Positions 45,715 to 53,538 of a stretch of 53,538 nt of DNA are shown here, one piece after another (the stretch's first letter is position 1; every line of letters begins with the position of its first letter). The position numbers and the translations under genes were made by a program. The notes below the pieces were generated by a model. It was not told where the DNA came from. It made no database searches and saw nothing but the letters and a program-made list of their open reading frames with translations. Source of the DNA: a virus (lineage: Duplodnaviria > Caudoviricetes); the IMG/VR virus record IMGVR_UViG_3300025833_000212, positions 1 to 53,538 of that record; one strand, written 5' to 3'.

Positions 45715-47126
45715 TGGATTTTAACGATGCGCAATTGCCTATCATCAGCCCATTGGCCGGAAGCTTTACTGAGAATGATGTTGAATCAGACCTAAAAAAG
45801 CTATTTTCTGATCTATTTGGCGCGAAACAGGCGGCATTGGCGTTTGATGCAAACGTGCTGGGTTCTGCGCACCTCGGGTCATTTGACTTGATCCGCAAGT
45901 CCGTCAACACGGATGGATTGGTGCTGCTTTCTGGAGAACGTGAGGAGGCAGCTACCCGCTACCTTTACCGCGCATGGAAGTCTGGTGATGTCCAGGGCCG
46001 TGGCCTGCATTTTTTGCGCACCTACTTGCAGATGCTGTACCCGAACCTGTGTCAGATTGAGCAGCTGTGGCAAGATAAAAGCCGCATCTACCCAACTTCG
46101 TTGGTGGCCAATAAGCCAAGGGTGAATTACTGGATTTACGCGCTGGGAGAGTCAGGTCTGAAGCTCGATGGCCTATGGGGCGTTGGCGCCCAAAGGCCCG
46201 TCGTTGATTTTGAGGCTGAAGCCTCAAGAATGCCAGACCTCAGCAACATGTTTTTGACGAGCAGGGTTGAGATAACGCTTGATTTCGCGGTTCAGATCAA
46301 GTCGATTATCAACCTGATGGGCATCATCAGGTCCATCATCCCCGCCAGGCTGCTGCCTCATTTCAGGTTCACTCTGACGGTTCTGTTTTTTATTCAGGCC
46401 AGTCTGTCCACGTGGCTGTTGCTGCAAAAGAAGTCACGGCTCCGGTATCCGTGGAATGGCCGCGTGGTGACCGATTCTGATGATGCTGTGTGGCGACTTG
46501 GTATTGGTGATGATCTGGTGCGCCTGCCTCAAGCGTTTGGGATGTTCAGGCTTGGGCAAGCCAGAGGCGGGGTGTCCGCGTGGCATCTGAAGAGCGCCAG
46601 AATTGAGAGCCATGCGCTGATGCAAAGTCATGCGTCAAGCCAGGCATTTTCATTGCAAAATATTGGGCAGACGTGGCGCAGGCTTGATGCCAGCTGGCGT
46701 CTCGGGGCAAGGGCGATGCACGCGTCCGGCGCGGCATTCATGTCGAAGTCGGCAGCCATGCTTGTTTCGGAATCGCTGCAAACGACACAACACGAGTTTG
46801 TGCGCATGGATTACCCGCGCACCCCGCAAAAACTGGGGGCATGGCCGCGCCTTGGTGCATGGCGCAGGCTCAACGGCGCCTGGGCAGTTGGGGTGTCTGG
46901 CAGGCCGTTTGGATTTGCGCTGCGCAGGGATGAACCGGTACTGGCAGAGAGTTCGGCTCTGATGGCGTCAAACGCGGCAACCTATGCGTCGCCGGAGAAG
47001 CTAACCTTGCCATGGTCGAGTTACCAAAAAACCCCACCCCGGCTTTTGCTGCTTGATGGCTCATGGCTGCTTGGTGGGCCATGCCGGCCGGTGTTTGCAT
47101 TCAAGGCGACCAAGGTGCTCATTTAA
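45711..47126 (+). CDS. baseplate wedge gpI-like protein with LDGxWxLG repeats
   Basis: GRGLHFLRTYLQML; repeated LKLDGLWGVG, RRLDASWRLG, RRLNGAWAVG, LLLDGSWLLG. Confidence 0.6.
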   Translation: MMDFNDAQLPIISPLAGSFTENDVESDLKKLFSDLFGAKQAALAFDANVLGSAHLGSFDLIRKSVNTDGLVLLSGEREEAATRYLYRAWKSGDVQGRGLHFLRTYLQMLYPNLCQIEQLWQDKSRIYPTSLVANKPRVNYWIYALGESGLKLDGLWGVGAQRPVVDFEAEASRMPDLSNMFLTSRVEITLDFAVQIKSIINLMGIIRSIIPARLLPHFRFTLTVLFFIQASLSTWLLLQKKSRLRYPWNGRVVTDSDDAVWRLGIGDDLVRLPQAFGMFRLGQARGGVSAWHLKSARIESHALMQSHASSQAFSLQNIGQTWRRLDASWRLGARAMHASGAAFMSKSAAMLVSESLQTTQHEFVRMDYPRTPQKLGAWPRLGAWRRLNGAWAVGVSGRPFGFALRRDEPVLAESSALMASNAATYASPEKLTLPWSSYQKTPPRLLLLDGSWLLGGPCRPVFAFKATKVLI

Positions 47127-47168
47127 CGGAAAACACCCCGAATCAGTGCTTTCGCCCGGTGCAAAACT
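47127..47168 (+). promoter_or_regulatory. putative late promoter 8
   Basis: CGGAAAACAC + 26 nt + AAAACT. Confidence 0.7.
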
Positions 47169-47198
47169 ACCCCCATTCTTTTTTATTGGGGTGTTCAC

Positions 47199-47579
47199 AT
47201 GGCAGAAGCCGTTACTACAGATGCATTCAGAAAGCGCATCGCCAAACACATGGCGGACAACAGTGCACTGCCACCCGTGGCATTCATGGCTTTTGGCGAT
47301 GGCGGGCACAACGCAGACATGACACCCAAGGCGCCCTCGGTGCTGGCCACTGGTTTGGCGCATGAGATTTTGAGGAGGCCTTTGGCGCTTATTACCCAGG
47401 AAGACCTGTTCTCAGTGACCGGAAAAGGAACAGTCGAATCCACCGATCTGATTGGGTCGTCCATTTCAGAGGCTGGGCTGTTTGACTCTGCTGGGCAGCT
47501 TGTCGGCATCAAGACCTTTGCACCAAAACACAAAGAATCCGATGAACGGTATGAAATCAGCATCAAGCTACGTTTTTAA
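47199..47579 (+). CDS. tail-collar fibre protein (DUF3751-like)
   Basis: MAFGDGG...ISEAGLFDSAGQLVGIKTF.PK. Confidence 0.7.
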   Translation: MAEAVTTDAFRKRIAKHMADNSALPPVAFMAFGDGGHNADMTPKAPSVLATGLAHEILRRPLALITQEDLFSVTGKGTVESTDLIGSSISEAGLFDSAGQLVGIKTFAPKHKESDERYEISIKLRF

Positions 47580-47591
47580 CAGGAGTTAACC

Positions 47592-48572
47592 ATGACCATG
47601 CCTTACCCGAATATCACGCAAATACCCAACAACGAGCCCGATGCGGTGCCTGCGCTGTGGAACACCCGCTACACCGAAATTGACGCCAATTTTTTAAGTC
47701 TTGATGGGCGAGTCTCAGCAAGCACCAGTGAATTGACTGCGGCCAGAAATGGGGCCGCCAGCCTGGATGCCAGGCTTGACCAGATGGATGGCGATATTTC
47801 AATGACATCTGTCGACATGCAAAACATGGACTCAGCCGTCCTCAAGTTTGCTCTCGACCAAGCTTCACTTGCCAACTCCAGCGTTCGCTCATTGCGTCAG
47901 AACGTTCAACAAGAAGGTGAATTCACTATTTTTAATCGCGGCATCGTTCTGGGCTGCGCAGCAACAAAGTCAGTCAATGCTGCCAGAAACTTGAATCTGT
48001 CGGCTGGCGTGTGCTTTGCCAATGGACGCAGTTACTTGGTTGTAGACGGCATCAATTCCGCATCAGTACCAAGCAATGCGGGCGCCATACCAGTTACCGT
48101 TTATGCCTATCTTTATAAAAATGCGACCGGCCTCTTTAATTTGGCTGTTACGCCCATTGGCTCTATTTTGCCAAGTGATGCGATCAAGATTTACAACATC
48201 ACGATTCCATCCGGCTCGACGGATTCAACTGACCCTTATTTGTCAAGCGTCACATTGACGGATGCTCGCAGGATTGAGGCCAACTACCCGAATATCCTTG
48301 ACTCTCCTGCTTTGGTGTCATCTGTTTTGAATGCCATGGATGCCAACGACTACCGCCTCGACTTTGATGTGGTGTCGAGCAGTGGCGCGCCATGCGATGC
48401 GTCATCCATTGTGGTGACCAGTCGCGCCACCAACGGGTTCACCGTCGCACTGGCCAGCGCCGCAGACAACGTGGTCGTTCGCTGGCGTGCTTCGCGGCTG
48501 TCTTTGCCAAGCCAGACACCTGTGATTGATTTTTCCACTGGCTTTCACGCATCGAACCCCACCACTTATTAA
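47592..48572 (+). CDS. tail fibre shaft/adaptor protein
   Basis: N-terminal coiled coil (ELTAARNGAASLDARL), beta-rich body, C-terminal RATNGFTV. Confidence 0.6.
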   Translation: MTMPYPNITQIPNNEPDAVPALWNTRYTEIDANFLSLDGRVSASTSELTAARNGAASLDARLDQMDGDISMTSVDMQNMDSAVLKFALDQASLANSSVRSLRQNVQQEGEFTIFNRGIVLGCAATKSVNAARNLNLSAGVCFANGRSYLVVDGINSASVPSNAGAIPVTVYAYLYKNATGLFNLAVTPIGSILPSDAIKIYNITIPSGSTDSTDPYLSSVTLTDARRIEANYPNILDSPALVSSVLNAMDANDYRLDFDVVSSSGAPCDASSIVVTSRATNGFTVALASAADNVVVRWRASRLSLPSQTPVIDFSTGFHASNPTTY

Positions 48573-48589
48573 CTTTTAAGGAGCTTTTC

Positions 48590-48913
48590 ATGCCTCAAAT
48601 TACCCTCAAGCAGCCCGGCCAGCCGGTGGCTGACTTCGCTTTCTCGGGCGCGCTTGTCACCGTCTCTGGTGTCGCCATTGACTGTGCTGCACGCCAAAGC
48701 GACAGCCTTGTCACTGTTGAAATTCGCGGCAACAAAACTGGCGCCACGGAAGGTGGCAATGGTGCGTATTTGGCGCAAATTGACATTCCAGCCAAGCGCT
48801 ACATCACCACTGCCGGACCGGATGACGCGCAAGGCAAGCCCACCAGCATTCAAGAAGCCATTCCGCTTGACCCCAATGCGGTTCAAGTCACCCTTTGGCC
48901 TACCGTGGGCTAA
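48590..48913 (+). CDS. small tail-fibre associated protein
   Basis: AAGGAG RBS; AQIDIPAKRY...PLDPNAVQVTLW. Confidence 0.55.
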   Translation: MPQITLKQPGQPVADFAFSGALVTVSGVAIDCAARQSDSLVTVEIRGNKTGATEGGNGAYLAQIDIPAKRYITTAGPDDAQGKPTSIQEAIPLDPNAVQVTLWPTVG

Positions 48914-48936
48914 CACCTTAATCTCAGGAGAAAACT

Positions 48937-50016
48937 ATGCCTTCAATTTTTATCAAAGATGACCTGCGTGCCAGTGTCGAAGCCGCCAGCGGTGGCCGCC
49001 AAACTGTGCTCTATACCGCGCTCGGTCAGCCCACCTTCATGAATGTGATCCCCAAATTAAACGGCCCCGACGTGGACGCGGGCCTGCCTGCGGGCGTTCA
49101 CCCAGCCTTCATTGTGGGTGGCGTTGAAAAGTCGGAGCTGTTCATTGGCACCTACTCCGGCATCGTCAAAAACGGCGAACTGCTGAGCCTGCCTGGCGTT
49201 GACCCGCAAACATCGATCAACCACGACCAGTCGGTGGCCTATGCCCGCGCTTGCGGCGCCGGTTTCCATGCAGTATCCAACATTGAGCGCACCCTGTTGG
49301 CGCAATGGTGCCGAGCCAACAGCTTTCAGCCGCGCGGCAACACCAACTGGGGTAAATCAAGCGATGCGGCCTGGGAATCAGGGCGCCGGATCGATGGCTT
49401 GTCTCCCGGCGTTGCATCCGGTACCGGGCGCACGCTCACCGGCTCCGGTCCTGCATCCTGGCGGCATGACAACTCCAGCTCAGGCATCGACGGGCTGTGC
49501 GGCAACATCTGGGAGTGGACACCAGGCATGCGTGTCAACATGGGTGAAATCCAGATCATCGCCAACAACGACGCGGCACTCAATGCCACCGACTTTGGCG
49601 TTGCATCAAGCGCCTGGAAAGCCATTGATGGCGCAACCGGCGAACTGGTGACCCCGGGCTCTGCCAATTCTGTGAAGTATGCCGTTTCAGGAACGGCGGC
49701 TTACACGCTGGTGCGCGCTAATGGCGCATCGTTTGAAGGTATGACCAACCCGGGCACAACCCCGGTCGGCGCTGCGGCTTTGGCTCTACTCAAGGCGCAC
49801 GGCCTGTTCCCGGTCGCTTCGCTGTTGGGTGGCACGATTGCGCTGCCTGCGGCCAACAGCGACTACTTTTACCTGAACACGACGATTGAGGCTCTGCCGA
49901 TCCGTGGCGGCGATTGGAGCCGCGCGGCGAGCGCTGGCGTGTTCACGCTCTATTGCTACGGCGCACGGACGGATGCCAGCGGCAGCCTTGGCGCTCGCCC
50001 CGCCTTCGTTCTCTGA
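48937..50016 (+). CDS. DGR target: Mtd-like receptor-binding protein with C-type lectin (FGE-like) fold
   Basis: HPAFIVGG, GIDGLCGNIWEW, IRGGDW...AGVF...GARPAF; 3' end is the VR. Confidence 0.85.
   Translation: MPSIFIKDDLRASVEAASGGRQTVLYTALGQPTFMNVIPKLNGPDVDAGLPAGVHPAFIVGGVEKSELFIGTYSGIVKNGELLSLPGVDPQTSINHDQSVAYARACGAGFHAVSNIERTLLAQWCRANSFQPRGNTNWGKSSDAAWESGRRIDGLSPGVASGTGRTLTGSGPASWRHDNSSSGIDGLCGNIWEWTPGMRVNMGEIQIIANNDAALNATDFGVASSAWKAIDGATGELVTPGSANSVKYAVSGTAAYTLVRANGASFEGMTNPGTTPVGAAALALLKAHGLFPVASLLGGTIALPAANSDYFYLNTTIEALPIRGGDWSRAASAGVFTLYCYGARTDASGSLGARPAFVL
49889..50004 (+). repeat. DGR variable repeat (VR)
   Basis: 116-bp ungapped match to 50474-50589 with 17 mismatches, 13 of them at template adenines. 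Confidence 0.9.
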
Positions 50017-50040
50017 TGCCCTGAGCGGTAGCGATGGGCA
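50017..50040 (+). other. candidate DGR target-recognition hairpin downstream of VR/IMH
   Basis: TGCCC-T-GA-GC-[GGTA]-GC-GA-T-GGGCA; overlaps avd start codon. Confidence 0.45.
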
Positions 50041-50465
50041 CTCACTCTGAAGCCAGTCTGGATACCAAGTTCATCGACTTCTCGAAGCAAATGAACTTGT
50101 ATCTGAACCATTTTCCCAAGCACGAGAAGTACGGCCTGTGCCAACAGATCAGAAACGCGGCTTATGAGATGTACGGCTTCATTGTCGAGAGCCAGAAGCG
50201 CTACCAGAAGAAAACCAGCCTGGGCAATGCCGACATCACGCATGAGCAATTGCGCATGTTCTTGCGGCTGGCCTTTGAGCTGGGCTACTTCAAATTCAAG
50301 GACGGTTCCTTGTCGGATGACAAGGACTATGAAAAAACCGCCACCCACCGTTACCTCGTCATCAGCCGCATGGTTGATGAGCTTGGCCGGATGATTGGTG
50401 GCTGGATGCAGGCCGACCGCGCCAAAACGAATCCCGATAGCGGGCACAAAAGGGAAGCACCTTAA
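50034..50465 (+). CDS. avd: DGR accessory variability determinant (four-helix bundle)
   Basis: FPKHEKYGLCQQIRN...KKTSL..ADITHEQLRMFLRLA...ELGRMIGGW. Confidence 0.9.
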   Translation: MGTHSEASLDTKFIDFSKQMNLYLNHFPKHEKYGLCQQIRNAAYEMYGFIVESQKRYQKKTSLGNADITHEQLRMFLRLAFELGYFKFKDGSLSDDKDYEKTATHRYLVISRMVDELGRMIGGWMQADRAKTNPDSGHKREAP

Positions 50466-50473
50466 CATGTTAC

Positions 50474-50589
50474 AGGCTCTGCCGTTCCGTGGCGGCCATT
50501 GGAGCAGCGCGGCGGGCGCTGGCGTGTTCGCGCTCAATTGCAACAACACACGGACGAATGCCAACAACAACATTGGCGCTCGCCCCGAC
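50474..50589 (+). ncRNA. DGR template repeat (TR)
   Basis: AAC-rich copy of VR between avd and RT. Confidence 0.9.
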
Positions 50590-50732
50590 TCTGGTTTACC
50601 TCGAATTCTGCAAAGAAATGGTGGAACAAAGGGAGGTGTTTTCCTGCATTCGGTGAGAGCCTTTGCAAAATCTGCTGGACGCCCTTTTATTAGTAGGTGC
50701 CATGTTGCACTCGACCATCTGGGGGCTTTCCT

Positions 50733-51752
50733 TTGAAGCGCGTCGGTTTTCTGTTTGAGCAGGCTTTCACGCCCGAGGCGTTGTACCAGGCGTGGGAAGA
50801 TGCCAGCCGGGGTAAGCGCGGCAAGCGGGCCACGTTGGAGTTTGGCCGCAACCTGGCGGCGAATCTGGACGCCTTGCACACAGCCCTGCATAACGGCAGC
50901 TACACGCTGCAGCCCTACAAAGAATTTCAGGTGTACGAGCCCAAAGAGCGCACGATCTTCGCGCCTGCTTTTTGTGATCTGGTGGTGCAGCATGCCATCT
51001 ACAAGCTGATTTACCCGATTTTCAACCGAACCTTCATCGACCAGAGTTACGCCTGTCGCAAAGGTAAAGGAACACACGCTGCGGCTGACTACGCCCAGCA
51101 AGCTCTGCGTTGCAGTGCGCCCGACAGTTACCTTTTGCAGCTCGACATTCGTAAGTTCTTCTACAGCATCGACCGTGCAGTGCTGCGCACCCAGATCGAG
51201 CGCCAGATCAAGGACGAGCGCTTTGTCGACCTGATGATGCAGTTTGCCGACTATGGCCCAGCCGTTGGCATCCCGATTGGTAACTTGCTTAGTCAGACCT
51301 ACGCTCTGATTTACATGAACCCGCTGGATCACTTCATCAAGCGCAATCTGGGCGCCAGGCGCTACTGCCGCTATGTTGATGATTTTGTGATCTTTGGCTG
51401 GCCACGAGAGCGCTGTGTGGCGGCACTAGCCAGAATCATTGAATTTTTGCGTGGAACCTTAAAGCTGGAGTTATCGCGCTACAGCCTGCACAAGATCAAG
51501 CGTGGTATCAACTTTGTTGGCTACCGCACCTGGCGAAGTACCCGCTTTGTGCGTAAGCACAGCCTCTACACATTCACCCAGTCTGCCAAGCATGGCGCGC
51601 TTGAAAGCGTTGTCTCCATCCTTGGACACGCCAAACATACCGCAAGTCTTCACCACCTTTTAACTACCCTGAAAGCTCACCACTATGACCTCTTTAATCA
51701 CCTTCCGCCGCGTTGTAAACCAACCCAACGTCTACACCCTGAAACTGCCTGA
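50733..51752 (+). CDS. DGR reverse transcriptase
   Basis: TTG start MKRVGFLFE; YEPKERTI, DLVVQHA, ACRKGKGTH, LDIRKFF, GIPIGNLLSQ, RYVDDF, INFVGY. Confidence 0.95.
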   Translation: MKRVGFLFEQAFTPEALYQAWEDASRGKRGKRATLEFGRNLAANLDALHTALHNGSYTLQPYKEFQVYEPKERTIFAPAFCDLVVQHAIYKLIYPIFNRTFIDQSYACRKGKGTHAAADYAQQALRCSAPDSYLLQLDIRKFFYSIDRAVLRTQIERQIKDERFVDLMMQFADYGPAVGIPIGNLLSQTYALIYMNPLDHFIKRNLGARRYCRYVDDFVIFGWPRERCVAALARIIEFLRGTLKLELSRYSLHKIKRGINFVGYRTWRSTRFVRKHSLYTFTQSAKHGALESVVSILGHAKHTASLHHLLTTLKAHHYDLFNHLPPRCKPTQRLHPETA

Positions 51753-52146
51753 CGCGCCCCAAGGCCAGCAAGCAGTGCAAGAGCTGGCAACTTTGCCCGA
51801 TGGCCGCACCGTTGTTGTGCTGTTTGATGGCTACACGCTACCCGCTGATCAACCCGCAGAGATTACGGACAGTATCGTCAACCCGTTTGTGCCGACAGAC
51901 GCGGAGCTTGCCCAAATCAAGAATAGCAGCGTGCATGTACAAGCCATATACAACCGCATCGAGCAGATGATCCGCGATAAATACAGCGCCAGCGACGAGG
52001 CTAAATTTGCCCGTATCGGCGTGGGCGCGGCATTGGGCGCTTACAACTTTGCGCCCGGCGAGCAAGAAGAACTGCTGGCCTTTGGTGACCATTGTGAAGC
52101 CGCCCGCCAGTGGGGCCGTGCCGAGCGCGCAAAACTTGGCTTGTAA
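51685..52146 (+). CDS. hypothetical protein (possible tail fibre assembly chaperone)
   Basis: 153-aa ORF overlapping RT 3' end; IRDKYSASDE...C..AR.WGR. Confidence 0.5.
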   Translation: MTSLITFRRVVNQPNVYTLKLPDAPQGQQAVQELATLPDGRTVVVLFDGYTLPADQPAEITDSIVNPFVPTDAELAQIKNSSVHVQAIYNRIEQMIRDKYSASDEAKFARIGVGAALGAYNFAPGEQEELLAFGDHCEAARQWGRAERAKLGL

Positions 52147-52148
52147 CC

Positions 52149-52433
52149 ATGATTTACATGATCGCACTCATCGCCACAGCCGTGCTTTTGCGCGAGACAA
52201 CCACGCTTGATCACTGGATAGCCTTTGACGCTTGGGTGCTGCGGGTGTTGACGCTAGGCAAGTCCAAGCCGGGTGAAACCATCAGCGCGGCAGCGTGGGA
52301 TATGCACCTGGCAGGCAAGACACGCGGGCACATCCTGGTGGCCGTGATCAACTGGATTTTCAAAATCCGACAAGCAGACCATTGCCGCCGGGCTTGGGAA
52401 TGGCAACGACACCTTTACGAAAGACAAAAATGA
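52149..52433 (+). CDS. small membrane-associated phage protein
   Basis: GKSKPGETISAAAW...INWIF...DHCRRAW family pattern. Confidence 0.55.
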   Translation: MIYMIALIATAVLLRETTTLDHWIAFDAWVLRVLTLGKSKPGETISAAAWDMHLAGKTRGHILVAVINWIFKIRQADHCRRAWEWQRHLYERQK

Positions 52434-52732
52434 CTGATGCAGACATGCCCCAAATGGTTTTTAACGGACTTTTTATCCTGGTTGGGGTGTTCGGTGGGTA
52501 CTACCTCAACTCCGTCAAAGATGCAATTAAAAATCTACAGACTACCGACCAAATGCTGATCACTAAGTTGCAGGCTATTGAGGTGCTTGTCGCAGGGACG
52601 TACGTCAAGCGCGATGAGTTTGACACCATGACTCGTGCGTTGTTTGCCAAACTTGACTCAATCGACGCAAAGATTGACACCAAGTCAGATCGCGCCATGT
52701 GCATGGCTGTGCATAGCAGAGAGCACCAATGA
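52430..52732 (+). CDS. putative holin/antiholin-like protein
   Basis: single N-terminal TM helix plus coiled coil (YVKRDEF), directly upstream of endolysin. Confidence 0.5.
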   Translation: MTDADMPQMVFNGLFILVGVFGGYYLNSVKDAIKNLQTTDQMLITKLQAIEVLVAGTYVKRDEFDTMTRALFAKLDSIDAKIDTKSDRAMCMAVHSREHQ

Positions 52733-53175
52733 GACTCACCCCGCATTTTTCTGTCGAAGAATTTGTCGCCAGCCAAACAGCTGACCGGCGAGACATTGAC
52801 AACTCACTCACAAGCAACCTGCTAGAAAGCGCCAGAAACACTTGCAATGGGCTTGAGCAAGTGCGCAGCTTGCTGGGTAACTTGCCAATTTTGATCAGCA
52901 GCGGATACCGCTCACTTGAGCTTAACCGCGCTGTTGGAGGCAGCAAAAGCAGCCAGCACATGCTTGCCCAAGCGGTTGACTTTACATGCCCTGGCTTCGG
53001 CTCTGTTGCCCACGCGATCGAAAAAATCATGCAGAGCGACATCCAATACGACCAACTTATAAGAGAGTTTGCAACCATCCCAGGCCGTGGCTGGGTGCAT
53101 ATCAGTTTTACGCTGTTGCCACCGCGCAAGCAGGTGCTGATTATTGATGCCACAGGTGTCAGGGCGTACGCATGA
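52729..53175 (+). CDS. endolysin, peptidase M15 family
   Basis: LTPHFSVEEF, ISSGYRS..LN..VGG...SQH..AQAVD, WVHIS. Confidence 0.9.
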   Translation: MRLTPHFSVEEFVASQTADRRDIDNSLTSNLLESARNTCNGLEQVRSLLGNLPILISSGYRSLELNRAVGGSKSSQHMLAQAVDFTCPGFGSVAHAIEKIMQSDIQYDQLIREFATIPGRGWVHISFTLLPPRKQVLIIDATGVRAYA

Positions 53176-53363
53176 AAAAAGTCACAAAAGCAGCAGCCGA
53201 GCGGTGTGCCAAGCACACTCTGCAAGAGCAGCTAGAAGCACATCGGGCAGAGCTTGAATTGCTGTGCAAGGTGGAGACTGCAATTGCGACCAAGCGCATC
53301 AAAGAGCATTACGAAGATTTAATCAAAGGAGCTGAGCATGGACAAGATCAAGGCAAGATTTAA
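53172..53363 (+). CDS. hypothetical protein
   Basis: ATGA-coupled 63-aa ORF. Confidence 0.45.
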   Translation: MKKVTKAAAERCAKHTLQEQLEAHRAELELLCKVETAIATKRIKEHYEDLIKGAEHGQDQGKI

Positions 53364-53538
53364 GAGCAAGACTTATTGGCTTGCGATGACCGGCGCAGTG
53401 CTGACTGTGCTGGAGGTCAACAGCCAATTTGTCACGCAGTTTGTGGGGGCTGATATGCGCCCGTATCTGATTGCATTTTGGCCTGTGGTGATGCTGTTTG
53501 CGCGTGAGATCACTACTACCGCTTTGAGCGACAAATGA
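53338..53538 (+). CDS. putative holin
   Basis: two TM segments, KSKTYW N-terminus, REITT.AL C-terminus; AAGGAG RBS. Confidence 0.6.
   Translation: MDKIKARFKSKTYWLAMTGAVLTVLEVNSQFVTQFVGADMRPYLIAFWPVVMLFAREITTTALSDK

Noticed and set aside
50395-50736. ORF running through the TR (MLQALPFRGGHW...)
   Set aside because: Openness is expected because TR copies a coding VR; no N-terminal domain, so not called a second target, although translation cannot be excluded
49956-51332. 458-aa minus-strand ORF across the DGR
   Set aside because: Antisense shadow of avd/TR/RT with no recognisable motifs

Overview
Late (morphogenesis) region of a P1-like contractile-tailed temperate phage or phage-plasmid. 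The host is probably a betaproteobacterium of the Comamonadaceae, inferred from five copies of a host-type palindromic repeat. Almost all genes lie on the + strand, in this order: end of an accessory/nin-like block, XRE regulator, PacA/PacB-like terminase, head protease, capsid, sheath, tube and baseplate genes, an hdf-HU-darA-darB antirestriction block (DarB carries a class 3 intein), an antisense MmeI-like type IIL R-M gene, portal, tape measure with a lysozyme-like domain, baseplate and tail fibre genes, a complete diversity-generating retroelement (target-VR, avd, TR, RT) and lysis genes. The most striking feature is inside the 6.2-kb darA-like polyvalent gene. Each of three predicted nuclease-like domains (PBECR-like, LPD3-like x2) is followed immediately by a near-consensus antisense sigma70 promoter (TTGACN-17-TANNNT). 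Each predicted start site falls at the 5' end of a structured 80-135 nt RNA ending in a U-tract, suggesting domain-specific embedded small RNAs (antitoxin, decoy or guide). Also seen: an 8-copy late promoter (CGGAAAACAC-N26-nAnnnT), a 21-bp-phased repeat array in the small terminase gene (candidate pac site), in-frame palindromic insertions in three proteins, and a DGR template whose 5' half looks mutagenised. All protein assignments come from motif recognition by eye, not database searches.
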